Shown one piece after another: positions 44,901-57,910 of a stretch of 64,000 bases of DNA. Every line of letters starts with the position of its first letter. The stretch's first letter is position 1. Below the pieces are notes generated by a model. That model was not told the origin of the DNA and did not search any database. It was given only the letters and a program-made list of their open reading frames with translations. The translations under genes were made by a program, and so were the position numbers. The DNA is taken from NCBI RefSeq assembly GCF_009914755.1, contig NC_060941.1. One strand, given 5' to 3'. The stretch comes from the human T2T-CHM13v2.0 reference genome, Homo sapiens.

Positions 44901-46208
44901 GTCACCCGTCCCGCTCCATAAGTGACAGAGTTAGACATCAAAGTTGCCGCGAGCCCAAAGGAGCTACGGGAATCCGGGAATGTGGGGCCGCGTGGACCGG
45001 CGGCGGTGGCCCGCCACGCCCGCCCCGCCGAAGCCCTGTTTGGAATGTGGGTTTCCCCCAGTGGGGCTCGTGCTGCCACCACGTCTGATTATCCCGGTAC
45101 GGAGCCGCCGCGCTTTCTGTAGGAATATCCAGGTCACGTGAGTAATAAGGCAAATTAGTGAGCCAGGCAGAGAACGGCGTTGTGCAAATAGCACATCTCC
45201 CCTGGAAAACGCGCGTCCCCCCAAACGTTCCCCGGTTATTCTTAGAAATCTTCTCTCATCTCCCTGTGAGACAGGGTTCAACAGCCCCCACAGACAGGAC
45301 AAAATGCATAGGAGGCTGTTAGAATAACATGGATGAGGCTAAAAATACCCCTCAGAAACACACATAAAAAAGCCAAATCCAACAACAGAACGAGCTAAAA
45401 ATATTCCAGGCTTTGGCAAAGAGCACAGAGTTAAATAAATTATACAAGAGCCATTCATGGGAGCAAGTTGACTTTCTCTCTTACGGGAACTTGGTTCAAG
45501 CTAATAAAAATAATAATTTACTAGCCACTGAGCTTTGCATGAGTTTAAATTTAATTGGTGGGGCTTCTGGCGTTTGTCACTTCTTGGCGATTAGTGGTCT
45601 TGCCCTGGCCTGGGCCAGAGTGGGGAGGGGATGCCGAGGCTGGGGCTCCTGGCAGCAGGGTCATTGTCCCCTGAGAAGCAGGGCCTGGGTGCAAGGGCAG
45701 ATTACCCAGGAGGCTGGAGGAGGATGGAGACTATTGGGGGTTCCATCCAGGAAGGCAGAAAAAGAACTGGCAAGGCACGGCTATTTTAATTTGATAAATG
45801 ATTGTACACCTTTAAGAGTGTTTTAACAATCAGGATACACTCCAGCAAGTTGATAGGATGTTCGCTGTCAACTTACATATGTCATCAGAGCTGGCTGTGA
45901 GCATAAATAATGTGCGAGCGCTTGGGACAGCTGCAGTCTCTCCTGGAGGCTGAGGCGTGGCAGGTAGCACCTCTGTCCCCTGGCGGGCACCTTTGTTCTC
46001 CTTCTCTCTGTGTGTCTGGAGGCAGGGACCGGAGAACAGTCGTGGGGAATCACTGAATGCTGCTTTCATCCTGGGTGGTTTGGTTGGGGTGCCTCCTCTC
46101 TGCGGACTTTTTAGGTCTCCCCACGAAAATAAGAGTCCCCAGAACTACTTGACCAGAAAAGCCACTGTGGATATGATCTGAAGCTAGAATAGTAGCATCG
46201 TCTGGTGT

Positions 46209-46529
46209 GTTTTGTTTTTGTTTTTGTTTTGTTTTTGTTTTTTGAGACAGTCTGGCTCTGTCTGCCAGGCTGGAGTGCAGTGGCACAATCTTGGCTCACT
46301 GCCTCACTGCAACCTCTGCCTCCCTGGTTCAAGCCATTGTCGTGCCTCAGTCTCCCAAGTAGCTGGGATTACAGGCATGTACCACCACGCCCTAATTTTT
46401 TGTATTTTTAGTAGAGACGGGGTTTCACCATGTTTCCCATGCTGGTCTTGAGCTCCTGAGCTCAAGCAATCTGCCCACCTTGGCCTCCCAAAGTGCTAGG
46501 ATTACAGGTGTGAGCCACCGTGCCCGGCC
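46209..46529 (-). mobile_element. Alu SINE with TSD TCTGGTGT
   Basis: Antisense dimer, (GTTTT)n tail, TSD 46201-46208 / 46530-46537. Confidence 0.95.
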
Positions 46530-49500
46530 TCTGGTGTCTTTTGAGGCAGCAGATGTTTATATATAGCCACTTCCCAGGAGTTTTAAACATCCACCCTGGG
46601 GTTGGAGTAAGGGTAACTCCCTTTACTCCCTCCTCTTCCTTGGCTGTTTCTTAACTCAATCTGCCTCCCCCGCCCCCAATCCTGGCAGGGCCTTCTAACT
46701 CCCAAAGGACTATATTTCCCAGAATACCCTGATCTAGCTCCAGGGTCTGAGCCCGAGACTGTCCATGTCCCTGGGCTGGGAATTCCCAAGCACAGATAGA
46801 GTTCAGCCAGTGCCGCTGGGAATAAATACTTTCCTGGTGGAAGAAAGCCTTGCTCCATCGTGCCCCCCTGCCCTTCCTTCTGGAAGAGGCTTCTGGGCCC
46901 CCCGGTCTGGCTTCCTCCCTACCATAAATACCTGAATATAGGCCCATAACAAATGGGACCTGTCCTCTGTCCTCTGCCCTCTGGATCCTGTGAGGCAGCT
47001 ACTGTGATTGTCCTGGCCAACGCCCCACCGGAGAGTCTCCCCCAACCCCCTGAGCTCAGTACATGGCATATGCCCTCTTTTGGAGTGGTCTTCTCAGAGG
47101 GGCCTGGTTGCCCATCAGCTGCTGTGGAAGCGATACAGGGACTCCTCCTGGGTAGCAGCAGGGCCAGCCTCTGCCTAGGGAGTCCCTCGAGAAAATACCG
47201 CCCAGCCTTTGGGGTGCCCCCTTGCCCTCCTGACACCCTCAAACAACAGAAGCTGCCTGCCTTCTTAATGGGTTCATCCTGAATGAGAGGTTTCCAAAAA
47301 GAAGCCCTCCCTCAAGACAGGCACTGCCTTGTTCCCCTGAGGAGGGAGGCAGGCTCGTCCTGGCCTGTCCAGGGGAGGGTCCGAAACCCTTGGCTCCTGG
47401 ACAGCCTCCTTGAGGGGAGATGGCCTCCCCTTGTGTCCCCCACCTCGCAGACGTGCTGTGAATGGGCTTGGACTCAGAGCACGCCCCTGTCTGTTGGGTA
47501 GGTGGGTTACTTGCTCTGCATTCCCCCTCCCAGCCCCCGCTCCCCGCCCACCTGGGAACGGCTTCCCTGGGGTTCCCCGGTCCCCATTAACCTCTGGGAC
47601 CTCATTTCCCCTCACCGAAGACACAGTGTAACAAGCAAAAAAAACATCAGAGCCAGCGTGCAGTGTCTGGAAAATCACCCGCAGCCCAGGCCCTTCTGCA
47701 AAGGATGGGGCCTGGAAGGGCCTCGGGCGTGGGACCGCACTCCGCTCGGGCTCCGCCCGCTGACGTTTTTATGGGATAATATACCGTTTCGCTCACGCAG
47801 GCCTATTTGTCAGTGGGCTGCCCCTGTTTGTTGTAATCTATAATATTACTGCCTCCCGTGGCCCCAGAGCAGCTGCCGCGGGAGAATCCAGGGATGGTGG
47901 GCGCTAGGTGCGCGCTGAGGGGATGTGGTGGCAGGCGCTGGGGGCAGGCGGCGCCCAGGTCCTGGTTATGAGGTCGGCGCGGGGTTTGCAGCGAGCCTCG
48001 GGTCTGGTGGGGAGGCGTCCAGCGCCCAAGCTGGGAGCCAGCCGGGCTGGCATGCTGCAGCTGTCCACACGATTAGGTTCCCGATCGGATCAGCCAGGAA
48101 GTGGGTTTTTTTCATTCTGACCTGCTGTGGCGAGGAAGGGAGGGACAAACAGGTGGGCTGGGTTCCTGCCTTCCCTTCTCTCCCCTAGGATCCCCCAAGA
48201 AAAAGTCCAGTGTCTTGAGATGCGGGGACTCTGAGGCTGGCCGGAAGTGCTGCCCCTCTCCGGGGTCTGTGGGAGACCCACTGTCACTTGCAACTGTGAG
48301 GAACGGCAGAGCAGCCCCTTGCCCCAGCTCAGTGCAGGGACATGGTTTTCCAGTGGAAATTTCCAGAAATGGGGGATGGGTGTGCTTCCAATAGGGTCCT
48401 CTGAGCAGCAGGCTGGGCTCCCTGAAGCGGAGGGTGACATTGGGGGGCAGTGCCTTCTTGGGGTACCCCACCAAAAAAGAGAAGCCTTAGCCATATTAAG
48501 TAAGAAAGAAACCAGCCTGCTGGCGTCTTCAAGGGAAGTCGGGTCTCAGTGCGACTCCCTCTCTCTCCGGTCCTTGGAGCACAGTTGAAGCTTTGCTTTC
48601 TTCCCCTGAGACTTCTGCAACCAGGGGCGCCTCCTGTTCTTAACACATGGCATGGGTGAGAGTGAGCAGATCCAGGGAAGAAGAGATGGGGGATGCCCAG
48701 ACCGGAGACCCAAGAGACCTGAGCCCAGGATGGGGGTGCCATGGTGGGTGGGAGAAGGGGCTGCGCTGTGGGGCAGGTCCCCTCTCAGGCATGAACAGAC
48801 ATTGCCGCCTGGCAGGGGTTTCCTGGCTCTGTGGACGTAGAGCTGTGGCCCCCTCTTGGGTGAGGCCCACTCTGCAGACCCCAGTAAGGATATCCCAGCG
48901 GGGTCTAGCCACAGGTTCACTGACCAAGCTCACAGCTGCTCACACTCACAGATGTGGCAACATACACCTGCTCCTGTGTGCTCACACCATGAGGCAGGTG
49001 TTCACCTGCACACACACACTCACACTGTTCACAACTGGCCCACAAGGAGTCCCACTCCAGTGGCCCCTGGGAAAGCCAGGTTGCTTAGTGACTGGCACGG
49101 GCACCTGTCTGCCCCCTACGTCCTCCCCAACTGCTCCATCCTCCGTCTCCTGGCTCCTGGTTCCTGGCCACCTGCAGGAGGGAGCAGAGCCCCAGATCCA
49201 CATGACCCTCTGTGGCTCAGCCTCCCTTCAGCGCCTTCCCCGGCCCCCTTCCTCCTGCTGCCCCTGTGTGGCTGTGGACCGTGTCCTCGGGCTCCAGCTG
49301 AACTTGGCCTTGCCCTTTCCTGAGCTCTTGCTCGGCAGGAGGAGGACATTCCCGTCAAGATCAATTCCAGTGCGTGGCGAATGCCTCGGGGCCAGGTCTG
49401 GTCCCGGGCCTGCCCTGAGGCTGTCTGGTTGTCCTGGAAGCCGCTGCCTGCATGGGGCACTGCTTCCTGTCCTGTGTGGCCACCTCCACCCCAGGCCTCT

Positions 49501-51740
49501 GCGCCTGGGGTCCTAGAGGTTCCTAGATGCTCGGCTACCCCAGGCCCCACCTGCCTCCCACCCCCCAGGCTCCCACCCTGCACCCCCACCTCTCAGCTGC
49601 CCTCAGTACCGTCTCTGCCCACCGTGCCCTGCCCCTCCTGGGGCCTACCCCTGCCTGGCCCTTTACTTGGGCAGCTTCTACAATCCCCAGTGCCTGCCCC
49701 TGCCACCCTGGAGTTCTGATCCCGGCGTCACATCCTCTCAGAGCCCCCGTGTGACTCTGCCTAAGTGGAGAGGGGTCCCCGACTGCTCCATGCCCACCTC
49801 TCCTTTCCTCCATGCCCCACACCAGCTGAGCTGTTCTTGGCCTGCAGCCCTTCTTGTCCCCTTCTATGACCTCCCAGCCCTGACCACCCACCTGGGTCTG
49901 TCCCACAGAGCCTGGCAGCAGCCCCTGCCCAGCCCCCCTGGCTGGCTTGTTTGGGGCCAGTGCCTTTCCCCTGATATCAGCCACCTTTCCTGGGAGACTG
50001 CAGGCTCCTGAGTCTGGGGGTGGAAATGTCCTTCTGTCCCTTCCTATCCCCAGAGCTGGGCTGAGCCACACTGGCCTCCGTCTCCTGCCCCAGTGCATAA
50101 GTGCCCATCCACGCTCAGGTGACGCGCACAGGCACGCGTGTGTGGGTGTGAAGAGCTCTGCTTTTCCCCTAGGATTTCACCCCCACACCGGAAAAGATGA
50201 ACGATTAACTCTGGGAAAACTAAGTTAGGAGGTGGCAGTGGTGAGAGACCCAGCCAGGGTCTCTGGTCTCTTTATTAAAAATCAAGGTGTTCCCCCCACA
50301 CTGGACCATGGCGTGGGGCCACAGGCTGCGTGGGCACCTGCCTGGGGGACATGGCAGCATCCCCTGGCCTTCGTGTAGCATCTTCAGTTGTCATGGCGGC
50401 TCCTGAGGCTGTGTGCGCTACACCTTAAAGGGTGTCAGAGCCCAGGGGATTGGCAGATGGCGCTGTCCTCTCCTGATTAGCGCCACACGAGGTGGTGGGA
50501 GACAGAAGTGGGGGTGGGGCTCCTGTCCCCCGAAGGCTGGAGCTGCGCCGGCTGAGTGGCCTGGGGAAGGGGGGAAGTGCGTGTGAATGGAGGGAGGCAG
50601 CCCACAGCTGTGAAGGAGGGTTCTGGAGGGCCAGGAGCGGGCTCAGGGTGGGGGCCAGTTCCTTTTCACCTCGTGGCCCTGGCTGGGGCTGTGAGGCGAC
50701 TCCCTGATTGTCCACGCGGGGTCGCGGGGGTGCAGCTAGGATTGGGAGCAAGAGCCAGTGGCTTCATCTGGGTCATAGAGCACTAGTGGGTGAGGAGGGA
50801 CACCTGGGGAGGGCTGCCTCTCCCCGCCCAAGGGCCTGCTCCCCTTGCCACTGACCAGAGGGAAATCGGGCCCAGGGAGAAGGCCGGGTGTGAATCAGCT
50901 GCCTCACCCTCTGCGACGTCTCCATCCACAGGCCGGCCCTGCAAGCACCTCCCCAGCAGGCTGGGCTGTGCCAGCGAGGGGGAGACCATGGCCCTGGGAC
51001 TCATGTCACCAGGCAACAGCGCTGCCTCAGGCCCTTCACATTGTGGGTTTTGCCTTCCAGTCTTCAGGCCCGGGAGAGCACCTGGCCTCAGCGCCTGCCC
51101 GAGCTGAGGGGAGCGTGTGTAATGGGGCCCTGCCAAGCCACCTTGGCTGCAGCTGCCCCGGCCTAAGGTGGGGATCGGTGGCCCCTGCTCTTCCCTCCCT
51201 GAGTCTAGGCCTCCTACCTCTAAAATGGGCAGTTGCCCTGCCCTGCTGGAGGGTTGAGTGGGACTGGGGGATGCAGTTGTGGCCCCGGTGCCCTCCCAGG
51301 AGCACTGTGGCCGTCCGTGTCACCTGTGGGGGTCCTAGGAGCCTGCACGAGCTGCCGGAGGCACATGGCCTGTGCACGCCCCTTCCCTGGCGGAGACTCA
51401 GAGGCCTGGGGAGGAGGCGGCTGTACCTGGGACCCTTGGTGGGGCCTCCCCCCTGGGCAGCAGGCAGCGAGACTCCTGAGGGCCCACCTCATGCCTCAGG
51501 CCCAGGCCCTCTCCTCTGTGTCCATCGAGGGATTCTGTGGCCTTGAGGCCTTAGTCTGGCCGTAGAACTAGGAAACCTGGGCCCTTGGCTCCTGTGCCCT
51601 GGCACGGGGGTCCAGCTGCCCCACTTACCCCTACCTGTGCAGGGGCTTGCATGGTTTTGGTGTGAAGGTGGACGCCCACCCTCCAGCATGTCCTGGGGCG
51701 TTGGATGTGACTGGGATGGGCAGATGTGGACCTGCTCTGA

Positions 51741-51796
51741 GGCACCACGGGTCGAGGCACCACGGGTCCTGGCACCACGGGTCCTGGCACCACGGG
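51741..51796. repeat. 15-bp tandem repeat GGCACCACGGGTC(GA/CT), ~3.7 copies
   Basis: Visible directly. Confidence 0.92.
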
Positions 51797-52637
51797 CAGT
51801 GCAGACGCTCTGGACCCCCAGGTGGGGCCCAGGTGCTGGGGGGCCTTCGTGGCCTTCCGGGTCTACTGGGCTCTGGGACTTCAGAGAGCTTCCCAGTGGC
51901 AGAGGGGGACTGGCCCAGGGGAGACACCAGCAGATCATGTGGGATGGGACCACAGAGCTGGAAGAGCAAAGATGTCCCCGTATCCCCCCAGTCTCGGGGC
52001 GGGGGTGGGGGCTCTCTGCCTGGGGTTGGGGGACAATGAAGCAGGCTATGCTTCCCCGGAGTCCAGGGGTGGGGATGGCCGCTCATCAAACACTCTGCTC
52101 CCCCAGGGCGGGTCTCAGACCTCTCTAGGTCCCTCCCATGAAAGGAGGGCTTCGGAGCCGCACCTGGGTCTTTGTTGTCCATGTGTCTGTGTGAAGGCCT
52201 GGGGCCCCCGTGCGCCTCCCCTCGGGCCTGAGGGGTCCCTCTCTCTGGGGTCACGCTCCCTTGTTCTCAGTCCCGCAGCCGTCCTCTGCGTGAGTCCATT
52301 CATCACGTGCCTGCAGGTGCCTGTGTCCTGTCTCTGCCCCAGGCTGAGGCCGAGGGTCTGCGCCACCTGGGCATGCCCAGTGGGGCCCCAGGAGGACTCG
52401 CCACCCCTAGTTGAGCAGCTCCCCTTCTCGGCAGCTCCCAAACCCTGACCCCAGACAGGCAGCAGGAGCTGGACGTGCCGTCAGCCCAGGCCCCTGAGAG
52501 TGAGGCTGGGGAGACGGGAGGCACCGGTGCCCTGTGGGTGGGAGCACTGCTGGCTCCATCCTCCACTGCATTCAAATTGATCAGGGAGGGTGGGGTTGGG
52601 GGGGAACAGGGTCCTTGAGGTCGTCAGCCAGCCCCAC

Positions 52638-52638
<1 letters not shown>

Positions 52639-52681
<43 letters not shown>

Positions 52682-52746
52682 TCCTTCCTTCCTTCCTTCC
52701 TTCCTTCCTTCCTTCCTTCCTTCCTTCCTTCCTTCCTTCCTTCCTT
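52639..52746 (+). repeat. Compound microsatellite (CCTG)10(CCTT)17
   Basis: Counted: CCTG 52639-52678, CCTT 52679-52746, both uninterrupted. Confidence 0.97.
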
Positions 52747-53919
52747 GAGAGGCCTCTCTACCCAGCACCCACGAAGACGGGTGAGCTGCTGGCCACCCGA
52801 AGAGGGTGTGGGGTGGTCAGGTTTGGGGCATTCCAGACCTGAGGCCCTCCAGGCAGCTCCCCTTCCACTCTGCCCAGCCCACCCTGCCAGGGAGGCCTCA
52901 GCATAGTCCTTGAGCTCTGGGGGCCCCAACCCAGCCTCCCTGGGTCTCTGGGCCTTTGCCTCTACCCACACCTGCACGCCTCAGCAAGGTCGTTCCCGAC
53001 AAGCCCCTCACCGCCCCGGCCCCTGCCCCTCCACACCCTGGTCACTCTTCCCTCCAGCTCAGCGCTTACCATCGTATCCCTGCATCCGAGGGTAGCTTTG
53101 CCACAGGAAGCATTTGCATTCAGCGAGACACACAGGCGCACAGGGACTCAAGTGTGGCCACGATTAGGGCAGGACCAGGGCCCCGTGGCCTCCTGGTTTC
53201 TGGCTTCAGCTGGTGACCCCCAGGAGGCCTGATGGCAGGTCCCCCGTCCCTGGCCGGTGAGCTGGCTGTGGAGTGGCAGGAAAGAGCCCAGCTCTGTGGT
53301 CCCCCAGGATCCTCCGGATCTCCGTAGTGGGACAGCTACCCCATCCGGCCAGCCCTGCCGTGGGCCCTGGTCACTCCAGGCCAGCAGGTCGCCTTGTGGG
53401 CAGTTTTCCTGGAAGCCAGTCCCCTCTCTGAGAGTTTTCATATCCCTTTGGGTGTCCTAAAAATAAACTTTTAATTTATTTTAATTGAATACCAAAATTA
53501 ACTTAAATTGTAATGCATTTTTGGGCTAACTCTTAAAAAGCCCTTAGTGTGTGTAAATACAGATAAAATCAAAGAAAATTCAAAAAGTGTATGTGAGGCC
53601 ATGCCATCCTTCTAACAAGTTGAGAGTTTGATGGTAAATACTTAGCAGAAATCCAAAGTGCCTAAGTCTGGAGGGCCTCAGGTGGGAGGCGGCTGGGGGT
53701 CAGAGACCCCTTGGGGCCCGTCGGCCAGGGCAGGGAGCAGCCACCACGCTTCAGCCTGCGTTGCTGACTCGTGCACGAGGCAGGTCTGTCTGGAGTCACC
53801 GACTCTCCCTCCTGGCCCTTCCCGTACCTTCCCGGGGGCTCTTTCCCCGTCCGCGCCCCCCGCCCCACCCTGTGGCTCTGTCTCTTCCCTGCATGAGTAG
53901 CTGGGGCTCTCTCCCACAT

Positions 53920-54010
53920 GATCTCACAACTGGGTAGCTTAAAACAGCGAACATTGATTATTTCACAGCTTCTGTGAGTCGGGAATCTGACTCAGGGCCA
54001 GGTGTTGGCT
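53920..54010 (-). mobile_element. MLT1 (MaLR) LTR fragment
   Basis: CAACTGGGTAGCTTAAAACAGCGAACATTGATTATTTCACAGCTTCTGTGAGTCGGGAATCTG. Confidence 0.6.
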
Positions 54011-56115
54011 GGGGCCTCGGACATATCCAGACCCAGCTGTGGGGAGTCCCCTCCAGAGGCCACCCTCCGGCTGTCGTGGGTGTGGGAGTGTTGCCGGCTG
54101 CTGGCTGGAAGGAGAGAGTGAGAGAGCGCAGGACGGAAGCTCGGTGCGGGTGCGGCCTCACCTTGCGGGGGCAGTGGGTGGGTGTCACTTCCTCCACATC
54201 CTCTTTCTAGAAACGAGTCCAGGTCCCGCCCACACCAAGCGCCAATTACATAAAGGTGAACACCAGGGTCCAGGGTTATCAGGGCCTTCTCTGAGGCCCC
54301 CCACAGCAGCCATACGCTCCCCAACCCCAGAGTGGGCCGTCGGGACCCCACCCGTGGCTGTGGCTGCCTCCCCTGTGCTGACCATGCCCCCCCCGGGCGC
54401 TCGCTGCTGGCTGGGGGAGACCTGCCCTCGGGGGTTTGTGCCTTTCCTCTGCCCCATGCCCTCGGCCTCCTTCCCTGTGACTTGGCCAAGCGTAAGCCCC
54501 GGGCTCACTGGAAGCCTCGCTCCTTCTCAGCCTCTGCACCCCCGTGCCAGCCTGGTCCTGGACATCTGAGGCGAGGCTGGCCCTGTTCGTCCCTCACCCC
54601 TCTTCCTCCCCCTTCTGTCTTCCCCCCACACCACACCACCGCCTCCACTCTGGGCTGTCCCCTCCGCAGCAGCGGGCCCCTGGATACCCGTGGACCGTCC
54701 CCACCCCAGCCAGGGCAGTGCTGTCCACGCAGGTGCAGTATCGTCTCAGCACCTGTGGGAGGTCCGTTCCCAGACGTCCTGCCTTGGTGGAGTGAGCAGA
54801 CCCCGAAGCAGCCACAAGGCCGCGGGGGCTGCAGCAAGGTCCCAGGGCCCATGCGGGAGGCAGGCCGCTCGGACCACCTGTGGCTTCCCTGCACTCCAGG
54901 CTGGGCTGAGGGCGCGGGTGCGTGACCCTGGCCTGTCATGGGCACTCAGCAACTGTTCGTGTACCAGCCGGGTTAAGGTGTCCTTCTCTGGATGGGGCGC
55001 AGGGCTCGCTATGGGGTGCTGGGGCGGCTGTGTCCTCTGGTCTGGGCAGCGCTTTCTCCTTCCGTTTCTGCATCAGCTGCCTGCCTGGGTGGGGTCCGCA
55101 GGTGCGTCAGCCACCCCGGGGGCTCCCCCAGCCCACCTTGAGCTGACGCTGGCAGCCCACCTGGGTGCCCTTGGGATGGGGAGCTGGCCCTGGACCTGGC
55201 CTGCTGGATCCATGTGGTCTGAGCGTGTCTCTAGACTCTCCTCTGAAGCTGTGGGGGTGCCTTCTGAGCCCTGACCCGTGCCAAGGAGCCCCCGCACAGC
55301 AGCCCAAGCCACCTGCCCAGGACCAGCCGTGGCCCCCTCGATGTCCGCCTTGGCAGCAGAGCGGCTCCTCCCATGGCAGGACCTGTGCTGGGGCAGGGGC
55401 AACGGTGTGGGGGCACCTCCTTCAGCGAGGGCCAATGCCTGGCGCCCTGGCCTCTGGGGCAGGTCTTGTCTGGGCAGCAGAGGCTCAGGAGGGCGCTGGT
55501 TCTCCCAGTGGTCCGTGAGGCCGGCAGGGCATGCAGGCGGCCAGCATCACGGCCCGGACCCCACAGAGGCGGAGCTCGGGCTGTGGGGTTGGGTGCTGAG
55601 GGCACTAGGAGCTGCCGGACCTCACCAGGGCCTTTTCTCCCTCGGACCTCCCGTCTGGGCCCCAAACCCCCTCGGCCAGCCCCATCTACCCCATCCCAGA
55701 GGTCCCTGCCTGAGCCACCCACCTCGCCCGCTCCCCTGCAGAGTTCCTAGGAACGCCGAGTTTTTACCTCAGAGGCTGAGGTGAAAAGTAAGATGAATAA
55801 GATGAACGTGTGTGTCGTGAGGACGTGGGTCCGTGCGGCAGGAGCGCTGGCCGTCGGGAGGGCCTGGTGTGGCCGTCGGGGGCAGGAGGGACCGAGGTTC
55901 CCCGGGGTTCGTCACAGCCTCACCACGTGTCCCCAACCCCAAGGCCCCGGGACGGGGTGAGGCTGGGGGCGGAGGCGGCAGGCACCCCCTGGGCCCAGCC
56001 GTGCCCACTCCCCTGATCGCTGCCACGCTGCGCTGAGAAGTCCTGTGTGTTCCCTGGATCCCGGTGTGGTCTCCGTCTCCCACCCCGGCCTGTCGCATCC
56101 CCACCCGACTGGCCA

Positions 56116-56187
56116 TTACCCGCCACGGTGTACTATCCTCGCCAGCAGCTGTTACCCGCCCCGGCGTACTGTCCTCGCCAGCAGCCG
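56116..56187. repeat. 36-bp imperfect tandem duplication
   Basis: TTACCCGCCACGGTGTACTATCCTCGCCAGCAGCTG followed by TTACCCGCCCCGGCGTACTGTCCTCGCCAGCAGCCG. Confidence 0.9.
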
Positions 56188-57137
56188 TGCACTCTGCACG
56201 TTTGCCCCCTGGTTCCCATTGGAGCTCTGCCCTTCCCGCCCCGGCCCCTCTTCCAGGGCCACCAGATGCTGCGCGGGGGGCTGGGGACGGGCCCGGGCGA
56301 GGGAGCTGGAGGAGGGCACCTGGCCGTGTGACCCCCACCCTCTGAGACCCGTCCGCTGGCAGCTTCCTGGTTCCTTCCTCTCCTCCACCCATCTTCCTGG
56401 ACCCTGGGTTTGCCCATGCCTGGCTCGGTGCCACACAGCAGGGGACAGGTGTGCTCAGCCTCTTGGGGTCGCAGCAGGGTGCTGCCTGGAGGGGAGTTCC
56501 AAGGGGGACCTTCGTTGTGAAGGAGGGCAGGCTGGGCTTTTTGAAGGTGGCTGGGTGTGAACCACGCCTTGAGACACAGAGTTTGGCAGGGGGCATACGT
56601 CCCCCTGGAAGGGTAACGCGAGTGCGAGGCCCCATGTGGTTGGAGCCAGCTGTACCAAAAGCAGTTGGCTGGGAAATAACAGAAAATGGCACTTTAGTGG
56701 GGGCCGGTCCCTGCCCTTTCAGCCTGCAGTGACCTGTGCTGGCCCCAGCCCCTTCCTGGGATACTACAGCCTGAGCCAACCTCGTTTTGGGAGTCGGGCT
56801 CTTGGCACCTGGTCCTTCTTAGCACCAGGGGCAGGAGTGACCTGAGTCCCCTCGGTGAGAGGTGGAGCTCTCCCGGCCAACATAGCCACCTCCATGCTGG
56901 ATGTGGTGATCACAGCGTGCGAAGCTGTCCCTGCTCCCTGACCTACCCCCCAGCCCTGCTTAAGCTGACTGACACAGACCATAGTTTCTCTCACCTGGGT
57001 GCGGGGACCCCAGCTCTGGGGGCTGCAACTACCCACAGAACCATCGAGGACGGCCCAGGATGGCTGTGGGCAGAGCGCCCCACCCTGCCAGGGAGACCAT
57101 GGGCCTCACACCTCCAGGCAGGCCAGGCTGGGAAACA

Positions 57138-57910
57138 ATGTGTGCGTGTGCGTGTGTCCATGAGGATGGGTGTATGCGCGTGTGTGTGTGTCCATGAGGA
57201 TGGGTGTATGCGCATGTGTGCGTGTGTGTCCATGAGGATGGGTGTATGTGCGTGTGTGCGTGTGTGTCCATGAGGATGGGTGTGTGTGTGTCCATGAGGG
57301 TGGGTCTATGCGTGTGTCCATGAGGATGGGTGTATGTGCGTGTGTGCATGTGTCCATGAGGGTGGGTGTATGCGCGTGTGTACGTGTATGTGTGTCCATG
57401 AGGGTGGGTGTATGCGTGTGTGTACGTGTGTGTGTCCATGAGGGTGGGTGTATGTGCATATGTGTGTGTCCATGAGGGTGGGTGTATGCGTGTGTGTCCA
57501 TGAGGATGGGTGTGTGTGTGTCCATGAGGGTGGGTCTATGCGTGTGTCCATGAGGATGGGTGTATGCGCGTGTGTACGTGTATGTGTGTCCATGAGGGTG
57601 GGTGTATGTGCGTGTGTGTGTGTCCATTGAGGGTGTGTGTGTGTGTGTGTGTGTGTCCATGAGGATGGGTGTGTGCGTGTGCGCGTGTGTGTCCATGAAA
57701 ATGGGTGTGTGCATGTGTATGTCCATGAGGATGGGTGTGTGCGCATGTGTGCGTGTGTGTCCATGAGGATGGGTGTGTGCGTGTTTGTGTGTACATGAGG
57801 ATGGGTGTATGTGCGTGTGTGTGTCCGTGAGGATGGTGTATGCGCGTATGTACGTGTGTGTGTCCATGAGGATGGGTGTATGCACATGTACATGTCCACA
57901 AGGATGGGTG
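57138..57910 (+). repeat. Minisatellite, ~23 units: core GTCCATGAGG(A/G)TGGGTGT plus variable TG/CG/TA spacer
   Basis: Counted core occurrences; unit length ~24-42 bp. Confidence 0.95.

Noticed and set aside
57790-57810. ACATGAGGAT matches the first half of the MS2 operator hairpin
   Set aside because: The second half (CACCCATGT) does not follow on the same strand; chance match within the minisatellite
57138-57910. CRISPR-like repeat-spacer appearance
   Set aside because: Spacers are low-complexity, mutually related TG runs; eukaryotic context; no cas genes
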